DNA of 64,000 nucleotides from Hemiscyllium ocellatum (taxonomy: Eukaryota): contig NC_083402.1 in assembly GCF_020745735.1 (NCBI RefSeq), forward strand, positions 68,710,004 to 68,774,003, given 5' to 3'. The notes beneath the pieces are model-generated. The model made no database searches. It had not been told where the DNA came from and saw only the letters and a program-made list of their open reading frames with translations. The translations under genes were made by a program, and so were the position numbers. This document shows positions 28,782-40,885 of the stretch, in pieces (the first letter of the stretch is position 1; each line of letters opens with the position of its first letter).

Positions 28782-29739
28782 CTGAGGACATTATATTTAT
28801 TAATGCATTAGTAAATATATGTTATATATATCTCATCGCTGTATAAATCAAATAGTTGTAAAGATGATAGATCTAAAACTATTCAAGCAAATAAGCATTA
28901 GAAGAAATAATCCATTTCAACTGCTATGAAATCAGTAATACTAAAATGAAGCTGACCAACTCCTAGTCAGAAAGGGATAAGATGATGAAGAATCATCGCA
29001 AAGTCACTATCACTGACCACCTAAAAGCTACAAAGGAGCTTTGTGAACCATAATAACAGAATAAATATATCTTAAATTTCACAGAACTTTGGTAGTCAAA
29101 ATGACAAGCATTTATTAGAAATTCAGGACTACCAGAGATCATAAATTGGTTTCAGAACTATCAGTCACTCAGCGAAGCAGTTTGAAGTTTTGACATTCAT
29201 GGCAGTTGATTTTGTATTGGTGTGTAATTGCATAATCCACTGTGATATGGCTTATAAATTTATGCACAATTAATTCTTCAAATTCACTATCAGTAGACAA
29301 TGTGAACATTTAGCAAAATGAAGATTGATATGGATTGTTGAATTGCTTTATTTAACATCACACAAAGTTGTTCAAGTCAGTGAGTTGCTTCTCAACTACA
29401 AATAATTGTCTCTCTGAAATGTTGTCCACAGACCAGAGGATCTCTTTCTCTGCAGTCTCCTGAATTCATGTGAGCCTGCTGTTCACAGCCACCTCAATCC
29501 TGCAACATTTTTTGTGCCAAAAACATAACAACCCTTTTCTCACCTAAAGTAAAGTTTTCACAGATAAATCAACATAACAAGAATGTTTCTGAAAACTGAG
29601 ATGTTAATAAATTGCTTATTCTTAAATGACTGAAGAATCCAACATTTATCATGGTTTGGCAAAACACCTACTAGAAAAATATTTTCTTTTTATTAAAGGA
29701 ATATCAAAAGTAATTAAGAATTTAACCTTTTAAGGAGGG

Positions 29740-30240
29740 AGGTTATGCTGGAACCGTATAAAATGCTGGTTTGGCCACAACTGGAGTACTGGGCAAAGTT
29801 CTGGTCACCACATTATCAGAAGGATGTGATCTTACTAGAGAAGGTGCAGAAGGCGAGAGATTTACCAGATTGCTCCCTGGTTCTGGTGAGTCTGAGTTGT
29901 AAGGAAAGATCGTATATCCTGGGGCTGTTTGCGTTGGAGTTGTGAAGGTTGAGATAGAAATGGGGTGGATAGAAAGGCGTTTTTTCATTAGTTCAGGGGT
30001 CGATGAACAGGGGACATAGATTTAAACTAAGGTAGAAGATTAAGAGTAAAGTTGAGAAATCTTTTCACCCAGAGGATGTTAGGAATCTGGAACTCATTGC
30101 CTGATTGAGTTTTGAAAGATTTAAACAATATTTAGATATTCACTCCATAGCTATGAGCGAAGAGCTGGAATGTGGGATTAATGTAGTCAGGCCTTTGTTG
30201 ATCAGACCAGGTATGGGCCAGATGGCCACCTTCTGTGCTG
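29740..30240 (+). mobile_element. Old CR1 LINE 3' fragment
   Basis: YKMLVWPQLEYWAKFWSPHYQKDVILLEKVQ in ORF 29745-29945. Confidence 0.75.
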
Positions 30241-30292
30241 CTATTCTTTAAGAATGTTTGAGATTTTTGAGAAGATTTGTAGTTCAGGTTGT

Positions 30293-31694
30293 AAGTTTGC
30301 TCACTGAGCTGGAAGGTTTGTTTTCAAATGTTTTGTCATCATGCTAGGTATCATCATCAGTGAGTCTCCGGTGAAGTGCTGGTGTTATGTCCTGCTTTCT
30401 ACTTATGTGTCTTGATTTCTTAAGGTGGGTGATATCATTTCCGGTTCTTTTTCTCAGAGGATGGTAGAAGGGGTCCAAATCGATGTGTTTACTGATGGAA
30501 TTCCAGTTAGAGTGCCAGGCCTCTAGAAATTCCTGTGCGTGTCTCTGTTTAGCTTGTCCAATGATGGCTGTGTTGTCCTAGTCAAAGTGGTGTTCATCTT
30601 CGTCTGTGGGTAAAGATACTAGTGATAGTGGGTCATGTCTTTTGGTGGTTAGTTGGTTTTAATGTATCCTGGTGGCTAGTTTTCTGCCTGTTTGTCCAAT
30701 GTAGTGTTTGTTACAGTTCTCACAAGGTATTCATTTTGCTGGTTGTTTGTATAGGGTCCTTTTGGTTCATTAGCTGCTATTTAAGTGTGTTGGTAGGTTT
30801 TGTGAACTACCATGATGTCAAGGGGTCTGAGTAGCCTGGAAGTCATTTCAGAGATGTCTTTGATGTAAGGTAATGTGGCTAGAGTTTCTGGGTGTATTGT
30901 GTCTACTCATTTGGTTTTGTTGTTGACAAATCAGCAGACTGTGTTTATTGGGTACCTGTTCTTCCTAAATACACTGTATAGGTATTTTTCTTTAGCTGTT
31001 CATGGTTCCTGGGTGCTGCAGTGTGTTGTGGCTCATTAAAATAATGTCCTGATGCAGCTCCATTTGTGGGTATTGGAATGATTGCTTCCATTGGGATACC
31101 AACACTAAGCAGGAAAAAGGAAGGGAACACACTCAACACACAGGAAAGGATAGCCCGAGAAAAACTCAAAAAAGGCAAAACCATTGTAATCCTACCTGCA
31201 GACAAAGGGCGCATGACCGTCATTCTAAACAGAATGGAGTACTTTGAAAAAGTGTACTCACTGCTTGCAGATACTGACACTTAGCAACAGGTGGCAATAG
31301 ATCTGACCCCACAACTAGAAAACCGTACCACGTCCACACTGAAAAAGCTTCAGAAATCAGGACAATTAAACGAGACAGACTTCCAAAAAAATGACACCGG
31401 ATGGATACAACACACCCTGCTTTTACAGACTACCTAAAGTACACAAACCAGGCACCCCCCCACAGATCCAAAGGCTCACTACCTGGAGCACCAACATATA
31501 GACTAGTCAAGGACCCCATCTACCATCCTCTGAGAAAAAGAACCGGAAATGATATTACCCACCTTCAGAAATCAAGAGACATAAATAGAAAGCAAGACAT
31601 AACACCAGCACTTCACCAGAGGCTCACTGATGATGTTACCTAGTATGGTGACTAAACATTTGAAAACAAACCTTCCAGCTCAGTGAGCAAACTT
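30293..31694. mobile_element. Rearranged Penelope-like element with 184-bp inverted terminal repeats
   Basis: 30293-30476 is a diverged reverse complement of 31511-31694. Plus-strand IVILPADKGRMTVILNR is a Penelope RT N-terminal motif. Degenerate hammerhead motif in each repeat. Confidence 0.85.
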
Positions 31695-32198
31695 TCAACT
31701 GGAATTGTTTAAGAGTCTTTCTGTAGAAGAAATGACCAAAATGATTCTGCAATGTTACAGCATTGCAAACACTGGACTTGAGTGAAACCTCATTAAAAGA
31801 GACAGAAGTCTGAATTAACATTCAAACTTCTCAGTACTCAGGATAAGATGATGTACTGGATTGATGTAGTACACTCTAGCTCTAGTTAATTTGACAGTTT
31901 ATAGAAATGCAACTCTTAACTAGAATGAAGCAAAGAAAGAAATCATCGCTACCAAAACAGCACTAATGTCAGTTGATCCTGATCAGTTATCTAGATTGTT
32001 GCAATACTTTCTTGTTAAAGAAATAGAAAATAAAATTTTGCTTACCTGGTCCATGCCTATCTTTGTACTTTATAGAAACATCCAACCATTCTCCTTGTAC
32101 TAATGGCCTAAAGAATTTCTGCATAGCTTTTGATAGTATGTTATACAGTCTATTACAATCATTGATTCACATACAGTTTATCTGCATGTCGTACATAC

Positions 32199-32288
32199 AT
32201 TCTGGAGTGGGCTTAACATCCATAAGTTGGCTCTGGAATCTCTTCACATTGTGACGTATTTTTGCAAGTCGTTGTTGAATCTTCAGCT
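32199..32288 (-). CDS. CCDC112: CCDC112 coding exon 4 (KLKIQQRLAKIRHNVKRFQSQLMDVKPTPE)
   Basis: 90 nt, cAG/GTATGT boundaries, conserved DVKPTP. Confidence 0.95.
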
Positions 32289-32789
32289 CTGTTAGAAGAA
32301 AAATTAAAACAATAAATTATGAATTAAGCTTACATCATCTTGGAAAGCACCTTTCATGTAATAAAGTGTCTCAAAGGTACTTCAGAGGAATGTTTAAAAG
32401 CAAAGTTTGAAACAAAGCCAGGTATTAGAAATTAGAAAAGCATTCAGTCTCAGAAGAGAGGTTACCACTTGACACAAGACATAAAAGTACAGCAGTAATA
32501 AGGAAAGAACGCCATGTAGTGTAAAATACATTTTTGGATGACTCTGGTGGGGGGGGGGGGGGAGCAGCGAGCAGGAAAGAGAGGGGAGGGAGGCAGGGAG
32601 GATTAAAGGGGACAGGAAACTAGGAGAGTTCAGGGAGAGAGGCAGAGCCCTCCACTCCTGACCGTCTCCTCCCAAATACACTTCTCTCTCCTTTCCCTCC
32701 ACCTGTCCCAGGTCATATATCCCTCACCTTCTTTTGTAATGCTAAAATCAGCGTCAACCTTCCAAACAATCAGCACCCTTCTGTCCTAT

Positions 32790-33600
32790 AAGACCATAAG
32801 ACATAGGAGTGGAAGTAAGGCCATTCAGCCCATCGAGTCCACTCCACCATTCAATCATGGCTGATGGGCATTTCAACTCCACTTACCAGCATTCTCCCCG
32901 TAGCCCTTAATTCCTCGTGACATCAAGAATCTATCAATCTCTGCTTTGAAGACATTTAGTGTCCCGGTCTCCACTGCACTCTGCGGCAATGAATTCCACA
33001 GGCCCACCACTCTCTGGGTGAAGAAATGTCTCCGCATTTCTGTTCCGAATTGACCCCTCTAATTTTAAGGCTGTGTCCACAGGTCCTAGTCTCCTTGCTT
33101 AACGGAAAAAATTTCCTAGCATCCACCCTTTCCAAGCCATGTATTATCTTGTAAGTTTCTATTAAGTCTCCCCTCAATCTTCTAAACTCCAACGAATACA
33201 ATCCCAGGATCCTCAGCCATTCTTCGTATGTTAGACCAACCATTCCAGGGATCATCCGTGTGAATCTCCACTGGACACATTCCAGTATGTCCTTCCTGAG
33301 GTGTGGGGACCAAAACTGGACACTGTACTCCAAATGGGGCCTAACCAGAGCTTTATAAAGTCTCAGTAGCACAACGGTGCTTTTATATTCCAACCCTCTC
33401 GAGAGAAGTGACAACATTGCATTCACTTTCTTAATCACGGACTCAACCTGCACGTTTACCTTCAGAGAATCCTCGACTAGCACTCCCAGATCCCTTTGTA
33501 CTTTGGCTTTACGAATTTTCTCACCGTTTAGAAAGTAGTCTATGCTTTTATTCTTTTTGCCAAAGTGCAAGACCTCGCATTTGCTCACGTTGAATTCCTG
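32790..33600 (-). mobile_element. CR1 LINE 3' fragment (second family)
   Basis: ORF 32956-33606 (FNVSKCEVLHFG...LYKALVRPHLEYSVQFWSPH); short tandem tail near 32790-32805. Confidence 0.92.
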
Positions 33601-33778
33601 ATGCATGATTTGAGATCATTTGAATTTTGATAATTTTTCATTTGTTCTGGTGATTTCAAGACAAAACCCTTTTTTCAGCAATATTCAAAATATATTTTAT
33701 TGTTTGTTATATTGGGGAAAACACAAAGGTTGCTAATGACAGCAAAGAGAACATCCCCATAAATTCATGAATTCTTAC

Positions 33779-33900
33779 TTTCTGTTTTCCTGTTGTTTGT
33801 CAGTTTCAGCTCCAGCTCTTCAAGTGTGCTATATTCAGCTCTAAATTCATTCCTTTTATTGAAAAGATGAGCATTCTTGTCTTTTTCTAAATTGGCTATT
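33779..33900 (-). CDS. CCDC112: CCDC112 coding exon 3 (IANLEKDKNAHLFNKRNEFRAEYSTLEELELKLTNNRKTE)
   Basis: 122 nt, cAG/GTAAG boundaries; aligns to recalled human VINMEKDKHSHFYNQKSDFRIEHSMLEELENKL. Confidence 0.95.
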
Positions 33901-36900
33901 CTGGATTGGGAGGAAAAATAAAAAAATGTTTAAAATTCTACTTCATTGTTTGCAAAGATTTCCCAACTAACAGTGCATTTGCACTACTTCATATTAAAGT
34001 AACTAATGATAAACATGACAGTATTGTGTTTCAGACAGCTAAATTATTTATTCTACAGTTATAATCAACGTGATAATGCAAAAAGTATATTATCTCAAAC
34101 TGAAATATTAACTGTTTTTCTCCACAAATGTTACTTAACCTCCTGAGTAAATTCCATCATTGGCTGTTTTTTTCGAACGTGAAAGGTTTGAATGCAAGTG
34201 CAACAAGTGATTAGGAAAGCTAGTAAAAACTAATCACTTGATGGAGAATTGAAACAAAAATAACAAGGTCATGCTTCAGTTATAGTGTGTTGATACAATC
34301 ACATCTGGAGCACAGTGTACAGTATTGGTTTCCTTATTTAAGGGAGCAGAGAAGAGCAGGAGAGATGAGGACACCAAGACAGTCAGCATCACCAAGAATA
34401 GCGAGGGATGACCCCAAGTCAGGTAGTCAGCAGCATCGAAAGGAGTAGGTAAGGTGAGAACCTCAAGACAGGCATTCAGACAGAGAGCTAGATTCATTAG
34501 AGCTGATTGGAATTGGTTTTTGCTCTGCAACAGTGAATTGAGCTAGCTGTTGGTGAATAAGCAGTTAAGATCTATTCCATTTTTAAATCTTAACAGGTCA
34601 GACAATTGATAAAATTACAATGAACTGAGAGTGCTGGCAAATGGGACTAGATTAGGTTAAGATATTTGGTCAGCATGGACGTTCTGGACTGAAGGGTCTG
34701 TCTCCATGCTGTATGTCTCTGTGCAACTTAAGTCATAAGTCTGAGACCCGCTGTAATCAATTTACTAGACCTCTTTGAAGGAGCAGGTGCTATGAATAAT
34801 TATGAGCATGTATGATTTATTTAAGCTGCTGCATTGAAGAAAACAAAAGCTCATAGTGTACAGGGTATCATATCAGAATGAAGAGAAGAATAGAAAGTTG
34901 ACAGAATGTAGGAATGTACTAAATAGTCTATAATAGGTCTCTGTCTGGCAGGATGTGACGAATGGAGTCCCTTGGGATGTGTTGGAATCCTAACATTTTA
35001 CAATTTACCTCAATGACATAAATGAGGGAGAAGGCACAGTAGCTAAATTCACAGACAATATCAAGAAATATAGGAAAGTATATTGTAAAGGACATACAAT
35101 GAAGTTGCAGATGAACAATAGATAGGTTCAGAGAGCGAACAAAAATCTGGCGGATGGAGTAAAATATGGTGAAATGTGAATTTGGCTGGAAGAACAGAAA
35201 AACGTAGAATATTACTTAGATAACAACTGTAAAATTCTGAGGTGCAAAGGGATTAAGTTACAGAAGTATGCAGGTACAGCTTGTAATCAAGAACATTAAT
35301 GAAATGTTATTCTCACTCATAACAGCAATTGAACATATAAAGCTAGATGGTATGCTTCAGTCCTATAGGACATTGGTTAGACCTCATGCCAAATATTGTG
35401 TACTGTTTTGGTCTCCTTATTGAAGGTAAGATGTAAATACATTGGAGGTGGTTTCCTCGATTGATATCTGGAAAGGGTGAGTTGCCTTATAGTTGGATAG
35501 GCTAGCCTTGCTTTTACTCAAATTTAGAAGAACGAAGGACAACTTAATTGAAGTGAGTAAGATTATGAATGATCTTGCCAAGGTGAATATGGAAATGATG
35601 TTTCCTAACTGGATAGATCCTTGTTAGACAGGGGAAACAAGGGTTATGGGGGAGCAGGTAGGAATATGGAATTTGAAACATAGCTCGATCAGCCATTATC
35701 TTAATGAATGAAGTGCAGGATTGAGGAGTCAAATGGTCTACTTCTGCTCCTACTTCACATATTTGTGTGCTGTAAATACATAGTAAGCACTTTGGAAATG
35801 GTTTACTAGACTAATATCTGAAACAGGTAACTTTTCCTGAAGAAGGGCTCATGCCCGAAATGTCGATTCTCCTGCTCCTTGGATGCCGCTTGACCTGCTG
35901 CGCTTTTCCAGCAACACATTTTCAGCTAATACCTAAAACAGGCAGGTTGTCTTAGGAGGAAAAGTTGGGCAAGCCAGGCCTGATCTCAAGGGAGCTTCAT
36001 AAACTGTGTCTAGAAAAGGATGTTTCCTATTTGATAGAAACTAGTATTTGGGGCTCTGTTTAAAAATAAACAGGTTGCTCATTTAAGACAAAGATAATGA
36101 AATTTTTCTTTTCCGTCAGAATGTCTTCGTTACTGTCTTCCTCAAAAGGTGATGGAAGGAGAGTCCTTGCTTTTCAAAGCAGGTAGCAGAAAGATTTTGA
36201 TAAAGGAGGGATGAAAGGTGATCAAAGGTAGGAAAGAAATTGGAGTGATCAGATAAGAAAAATCTTATTGAGTGGTGCAGCAAGCTTGAAAGACCCAGTA
36301 GCCATTTTTGCTCTTAATTCATAAGTTCTATTTCAACTTTCCACATTTGCAGTATTTCATTTTATTTAATTCACTTGTGGGATGTGGGCATTACTGGCAT
36401 TGTCTGTCCTTCGTTGCCCTTGACAAGGTGTGGTCTACTGCCTTCATGAACCACTGCAGTCATGTGCTGTAGGTAGATCCACAATGTTGTCAGGGAGGGA
36501 ATTGTAAGATTTTGAACCAACAAACAATAAAAGAGCAGCAATATATTTCCAACTCAGGACTGAGAGTCACTAAGAAGGGAACTTGCAGGTGGTAGCCACC
36601 CCACATATCTGCTGCTCAGCCTTCTGGGTAGTAATGGTCATGAATTTGAATGGTGCTATCTAAGAATCGTTCATTAATTTCTGCAACGCTCCTATAGAAA
36701 TACATAGGAACATTATATACATATTAACTGATAGTTGTTTATTGTAGAGCTACTTAGTCAGTAAGGTAACTTTAGAAGTCAATGAAGTTTAGCTTATTTT
36801 AAAGGGTAACACCATTCTGTGAAAAGTACACAAGGCTTTGTAATGTCATTAAGCACAGTTCTTATCTTGGTGAAATAATCTAATCTTTTACTAATTAGTA

Positions 36901-37934
36901 TGAAAATTTTCCCAAACCATTGAGGCAATTGCTCAACTGAGTGTCTACAGCAAGGCAAGGCAGGAAAGGGATGTGCCAAAACATAATGATTATAACTACG
37001 TTAGGAAAAGGAGTTTAGCAGAAAAGCTGGTTGAGGAACAATGGCAATTTTTAAGAAAATAGTTCATGACATGCAGCAACGATATTTCCCGGTGAAGACA
37101 GCTTTTTAAAATAGAGAAAGACTACAGAAAGTTATGAAGAGGGATTTGGGAGACCTTGTTCATAAATCAGAAAAAGCTAGCATACAAGTTCAGCAGGAAA
37201 TACGGAAGACAAGTAGAACGTTGGCCTTTATTTCAATGCAATTGGAGTATAAAATGGGGAGGTTTTGCTAAAATTATACAAGATCCTATATACTAAGCAC
37301 AGCTTGAATTCTGTTGATAGTTTTTGTCCCCTTATCACAAAAGAGATATATTAGCATTGGAAGCAGTCCAGAGAAGATAAACTAAGTTGATGTCGGGTAA
37401 GGGGACTGTTTTATAAGGAGAGCTTGGGCCTGTACCATTATCATTTATTGAAATATTCAAGATTGTTAGAGACATAGACAGGGTAAGTCCTGAGAAGCTG
37501 TTTCTCCTTCTGGGAAAGTCTAGGACTAGAGGGCATAATCTCAGAATAAGATTACACATTTTGACAAAGATAAGGAATTTCTTCCTTCAGACAGTAGTGA
37601 ATCTGAGGATTCTTTACCACAGAGGGCTGTTGAAGTTCAGTCAATAAGTATATTCAAGGCTAAGATGGACACATTTTTAATCAGTAAAGGAACAAGGATA
37701 ACAAGGTAAACACGTGGAGTTAAAGATAATCTGATCAGCCAGGATTTCATTGAATTTGCTAGTTATTTTCATTCATTTTATGAGAGGTGAAGTTAGAAGG
37801 ATAGCTTTCAGCCAGCACATACACTGCGGGCCGAAAGGCTCTATTTATGGTGGTGGTTTTTGAACAGCACAGCACTGTGTGCCAGGCTCTAGGCTGGCGG
37901 TGAAGGTGAAGGTGAAGGAGTTGCTGACACTCAC

Positions 37935-38059
37935 TGCAGCCACAGTTTGCGGAGCTCCCGGCTGAAGGCGGCCTTCCTGCCCGAGTCCCTGCGCTCAGGG
38001 ATGAGAACCTGCAACCGCTGCCCCAACACCGAGTCCGGCTTCCGACCGCAATCGCCAAC
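37935..38059 (-). CDS. CCDC112: CCDC112 coding exon 2 (VGDCGRKPDSVLGQRLQVLIPERRDSGRKAAFSRELRKLWLQ)
   Basis: cAG acceptor, GTGAGT donor, 125 nt ending in phase 2 to join exon 3. RKAAFSRELRKLWLQ aligns with recalled human KKAEFVRTAEKFKNQ. Confidence 0.85.
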
Positions 38060-38143
38060 CTGTCGTACAGAGAGAATTTAACCACAGCCTTTAAACGAGA
38101 AACTTCACACCGAATGCAAACAGGAGAAGGAGTGACTCCTCAC

Positions 38144-38170
38144 CATCGTCCCTGTTACTATGGTTGCCAT
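38144..38170 (-). CDS. CCDC112: CCDC112 probable coding exon 1 (MATIVTGTM)
   Basis: aagATGG Kozak context, GTGAGG donor, 84-bp intron 1, phase 0. Completes a 1488-nt / 495-aa CDS. Confidence 0.72.
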
Positions 38171-38188
38171 CTTTGTCAACAAAGTGCT

Positions 38189-38422
38189 GGGTGTGCGCAG
38201 ACGCAGAATGACCCAAACTGCCCGGGTGTGCGCAGACGCAGAAAGATCCAAACAGCCCGGGTGTGCGCAGACGCAGAATGACCCAAACAGCCCGGGTGTG
38301 CGCAGACGCAGAATGACCTAAACGGCCGGGGCGTACGCAGACGCAGAATGACCTAAACGGCCGGGGCGTACGCAGACGCAGCATGACCAAAACTGCCCGG
38401 GTGTGCGCAGACGTAGAATGAC
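38189..38422. repeat. 35-bp minisatellite, about 6.7 copies, in the bidirectional promoter
   Basis: Unit GGGTGTGCGCAGACGCAGAATGACCCAAACAGCCC; the core recurs at 38191, 38226, 38261, 38296, 38331, 38366 and 38401. Confidence 0.97.
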
Positions 38423-38472
38423 ACTCAGGCACACCTACACCAAGAGTGAATGCGCAGGTGCAAACACTCTGT

Positions 38473-38487
38473 CCGCTAGATGGCGCT
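38473..38487 (+). promoter_or_regulatory. CTCF-like binding motif
   Basis: CCGCTAGATGGCGCT matches the CTCF core consensus CC(A/G)CYAG(A/G)(G/T)GGC(A/G)(C/G). Confidence 0.65.
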
Positions 38488-38850
38488 GGGATTGCAGCAA
38501 AGGCACCAGCATCTTAGCACAAAAAACAACTTTGCAAAGCAAACATATGCAAGCAGAGTGCTGCAAGCTGGCACAACTCCTACTGTAAATTTCTATCGAC
38601 CCCCGCCTACTCACCAAACTCCTTCCTCTCATTCTGCACGCAAACATAGCAGATGTTTAGAAGTTTTCCGCAAACGAAGTTGCTGTGTTGCAGAACGTCC
38701 ATTGATTCATGAACTTTATACATAATTGATAAAAAGGTATTAGGACTGTGGATTCTGCAAAATAAGCTTTTAGGCATGTTGACAACATGCAAATAAATAT
38801 TCTGTTGGGAGTTAGCCACGTGGTGCAAGGAGTTTGCAGATTTCAGCAAA

Positions 38851-39256
38851 ATGGCAGAACAGCAGCAGAGGAGACAGAGACTGCCCAAATTCAGCTCAGA
38901 TGAGCTGGAAGTATTGATTGCAGAGGTGACTGCGCATAAGGATCAACTTTTCAGTCGTGCCCACAGACTGTCACAGGGAGAGCGTGACAGGATATGGCAA
39001 GATATCACTGCCAAGGTCAACGCAGTCTCACAGGTCAAACGGTCTGTAAAGGCCATCAAGACCCGTTGGGATGACCTTATGCGGCGCACTAAAGAAGTTG
39101 CCTACTTGGCACGAGAGGCACATCAGATTCAAGTAGAACCTTCTGGAGCAGAAGATCTAAACCCAGAGGAATGGGGGGTCCATCAGGTCATGCATCCTCA
39201 GTCTATACTTTGGATGGGTGGACTGGATCCTGCAGACTTTCCTTACTGGAGGGCAA
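38851..39256 (+). CDS. Myb/SANT-like DNA-binding domain protein (Myb_DNA-bind_5 / NAIF1-MSANTD-like, Harbinger ORF type), coding exon 1
   Basis: RRQRLPKFSSDELEVLIAEV...LF...RDRIWQDITAKVNAVSQVKRSVKAIKTRWDDL is the family signature. aaaATGG Kozak context; GTAAGT donor at 39257, phase 1. Confidence 0.9.
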
Positions 39257-40671
39257 GTAAGTGTTTCCCTTCAATGAATTCATCATGCTTCTAAATATCA
39301 TTTAATTTTCATTCTGTTTGTAACTAATGGACATTATAGAGAGATTAAATTATCATTTGAAATAATATTTTGCTTCACTTTGGGAGGTGCTGATGGATAT
39401 TTTCTAAACAACCTGTTCAGAGATGTTTTTAAGCACCTCTGGAGCAAGTGGGATTTGAATCAGACCTCCTGGCTCAGAGGTATGGACACTACCTCTGCAT
39501 CATTGCTAAATATCATCAGATTCATAAAACAGAACCCCAGGCTACTGTTCTGGAGATATTGATTTGAATCGCACCAGACGATGGTGAAATTTGAATTCAA
39601 TAGAACCTGGATTAAAAGCCTGCCTGGTCATGATCAGGAAAGCCACTGTCAATTGTTGTAAAACCCAACTGGTTTAGTAATGTCCTTAAGGTTAGGAAAT
39701 CTGCCACCTTACCTGGGCTGGCCTACACATGACTCTGGCAGCCTGTTAATTGCCCTCTGAAATGGCCTAAGCCATTCAGTTGTATCAGACCACTCCAACA
39801 TCTCAAGAAAGGAATGGAAGTTCTCCCCGTGTGGTGCAGATTCGATGAGCCGAATGGGCTCTTTCTGCCCTGTAGGAATTCTCTGATTCTATAACAGCAC
39901 TGTGTCCCCACACACCATGGACAGCAACTGTTCCCCCAAGGCAGTAAGGGATGGGCAATAAATGGTAGCCGAGACAACGATGCCCATAGCTCAAGAATAA
40001 ACAAAACAAAATGCAAGTACATTGGGATTGTTAAGTTACTTTTTGTGTAAAGAAACTCACCAGGAGATAGTTATGAAATGTGCGCTTCCTTTTTCCACGT
40101 TACAGTAATGACTACACTTCAGAAAGTAACTCACTGTCTGTAAAGTAACTCACTGTCTGTAAAGTGCTTTGGCATGTCCTGAGTTCATTGAGATGCTTCA
40201 TACAAATAAAAGTTTTTTTTCTGAATTCATGGTCTAGACATTCATGTATTGGCTGGGCCAAATGACCCTTTTGTATGTTGTACTTGTACGTGCCAAAGTT
40301 CAGATATGAATTGACTGAATCCAAACTGTTTAAATAATTTCAAACATAAAACTAAAAAATATATTCCCACACCAACTGGCATGATAAAAAGCATAAGGGC
40401 TCAGAATCCATGTTCACACCTGGATTGACAGGTTAAAAAAAACACACATTAAGTTAAAATGAACTACTTCTGTCAGGTTTTCCCAGACATAATATGAAAA
40501 GTAATCATGTCTCTTGTTTACTGGAGTAAGAGCTTGGCCCAGTCCAGTCAAGCTGTAGTAAATGGATCCATTTCCTGATTCTTTTGTCCTTTCAGTTTCT
40601 TGGTCATTGGCTTCTTGTTGAGATCAGAATTTACAGTGCAATTGGAAGAAACATCTTTTCCCCTTTCTTTT

Positions 40672-40885
40672 AGAATTCCTACAGAGTGGAAACAGGCCCT
40701 TCAGCTCAACAGGTCTACACTGACTCTCCGAACAGTCTCCCACCCAAACCCAATATGCTATATTTACCCCTGACTAATGCACCTAGCTTACACATCCCTG
40801 AACACTATGCGCAATTTAGCATGGCCAATTCACCTAACCTACACACCTTTGGATTGTGAGAGGAAACTGCAGACATGGGGAGAAT
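40672..40885 (-). mobile_element. HE1-type SINE, 3' half (interrupted by Tx1)
   Basis: Reverse complement of the 3' part of the intact SINE at 52085; continues at 47466. Confidence 0.85.

Noticed and set aside
38189-38422. CRISPR-like array, or the repetitive ORF 38091-38432
   Set aside because: Units are contiguous 35-mers with no unique spacers, in eukaryotic context. The ORF is a by-product of the minisatellite.
40123-40165. 19-bp tandem duplication AAAGTAACTCACTGTCTGT
   Set aside because: Simple local duplication in an intron with no further structure.
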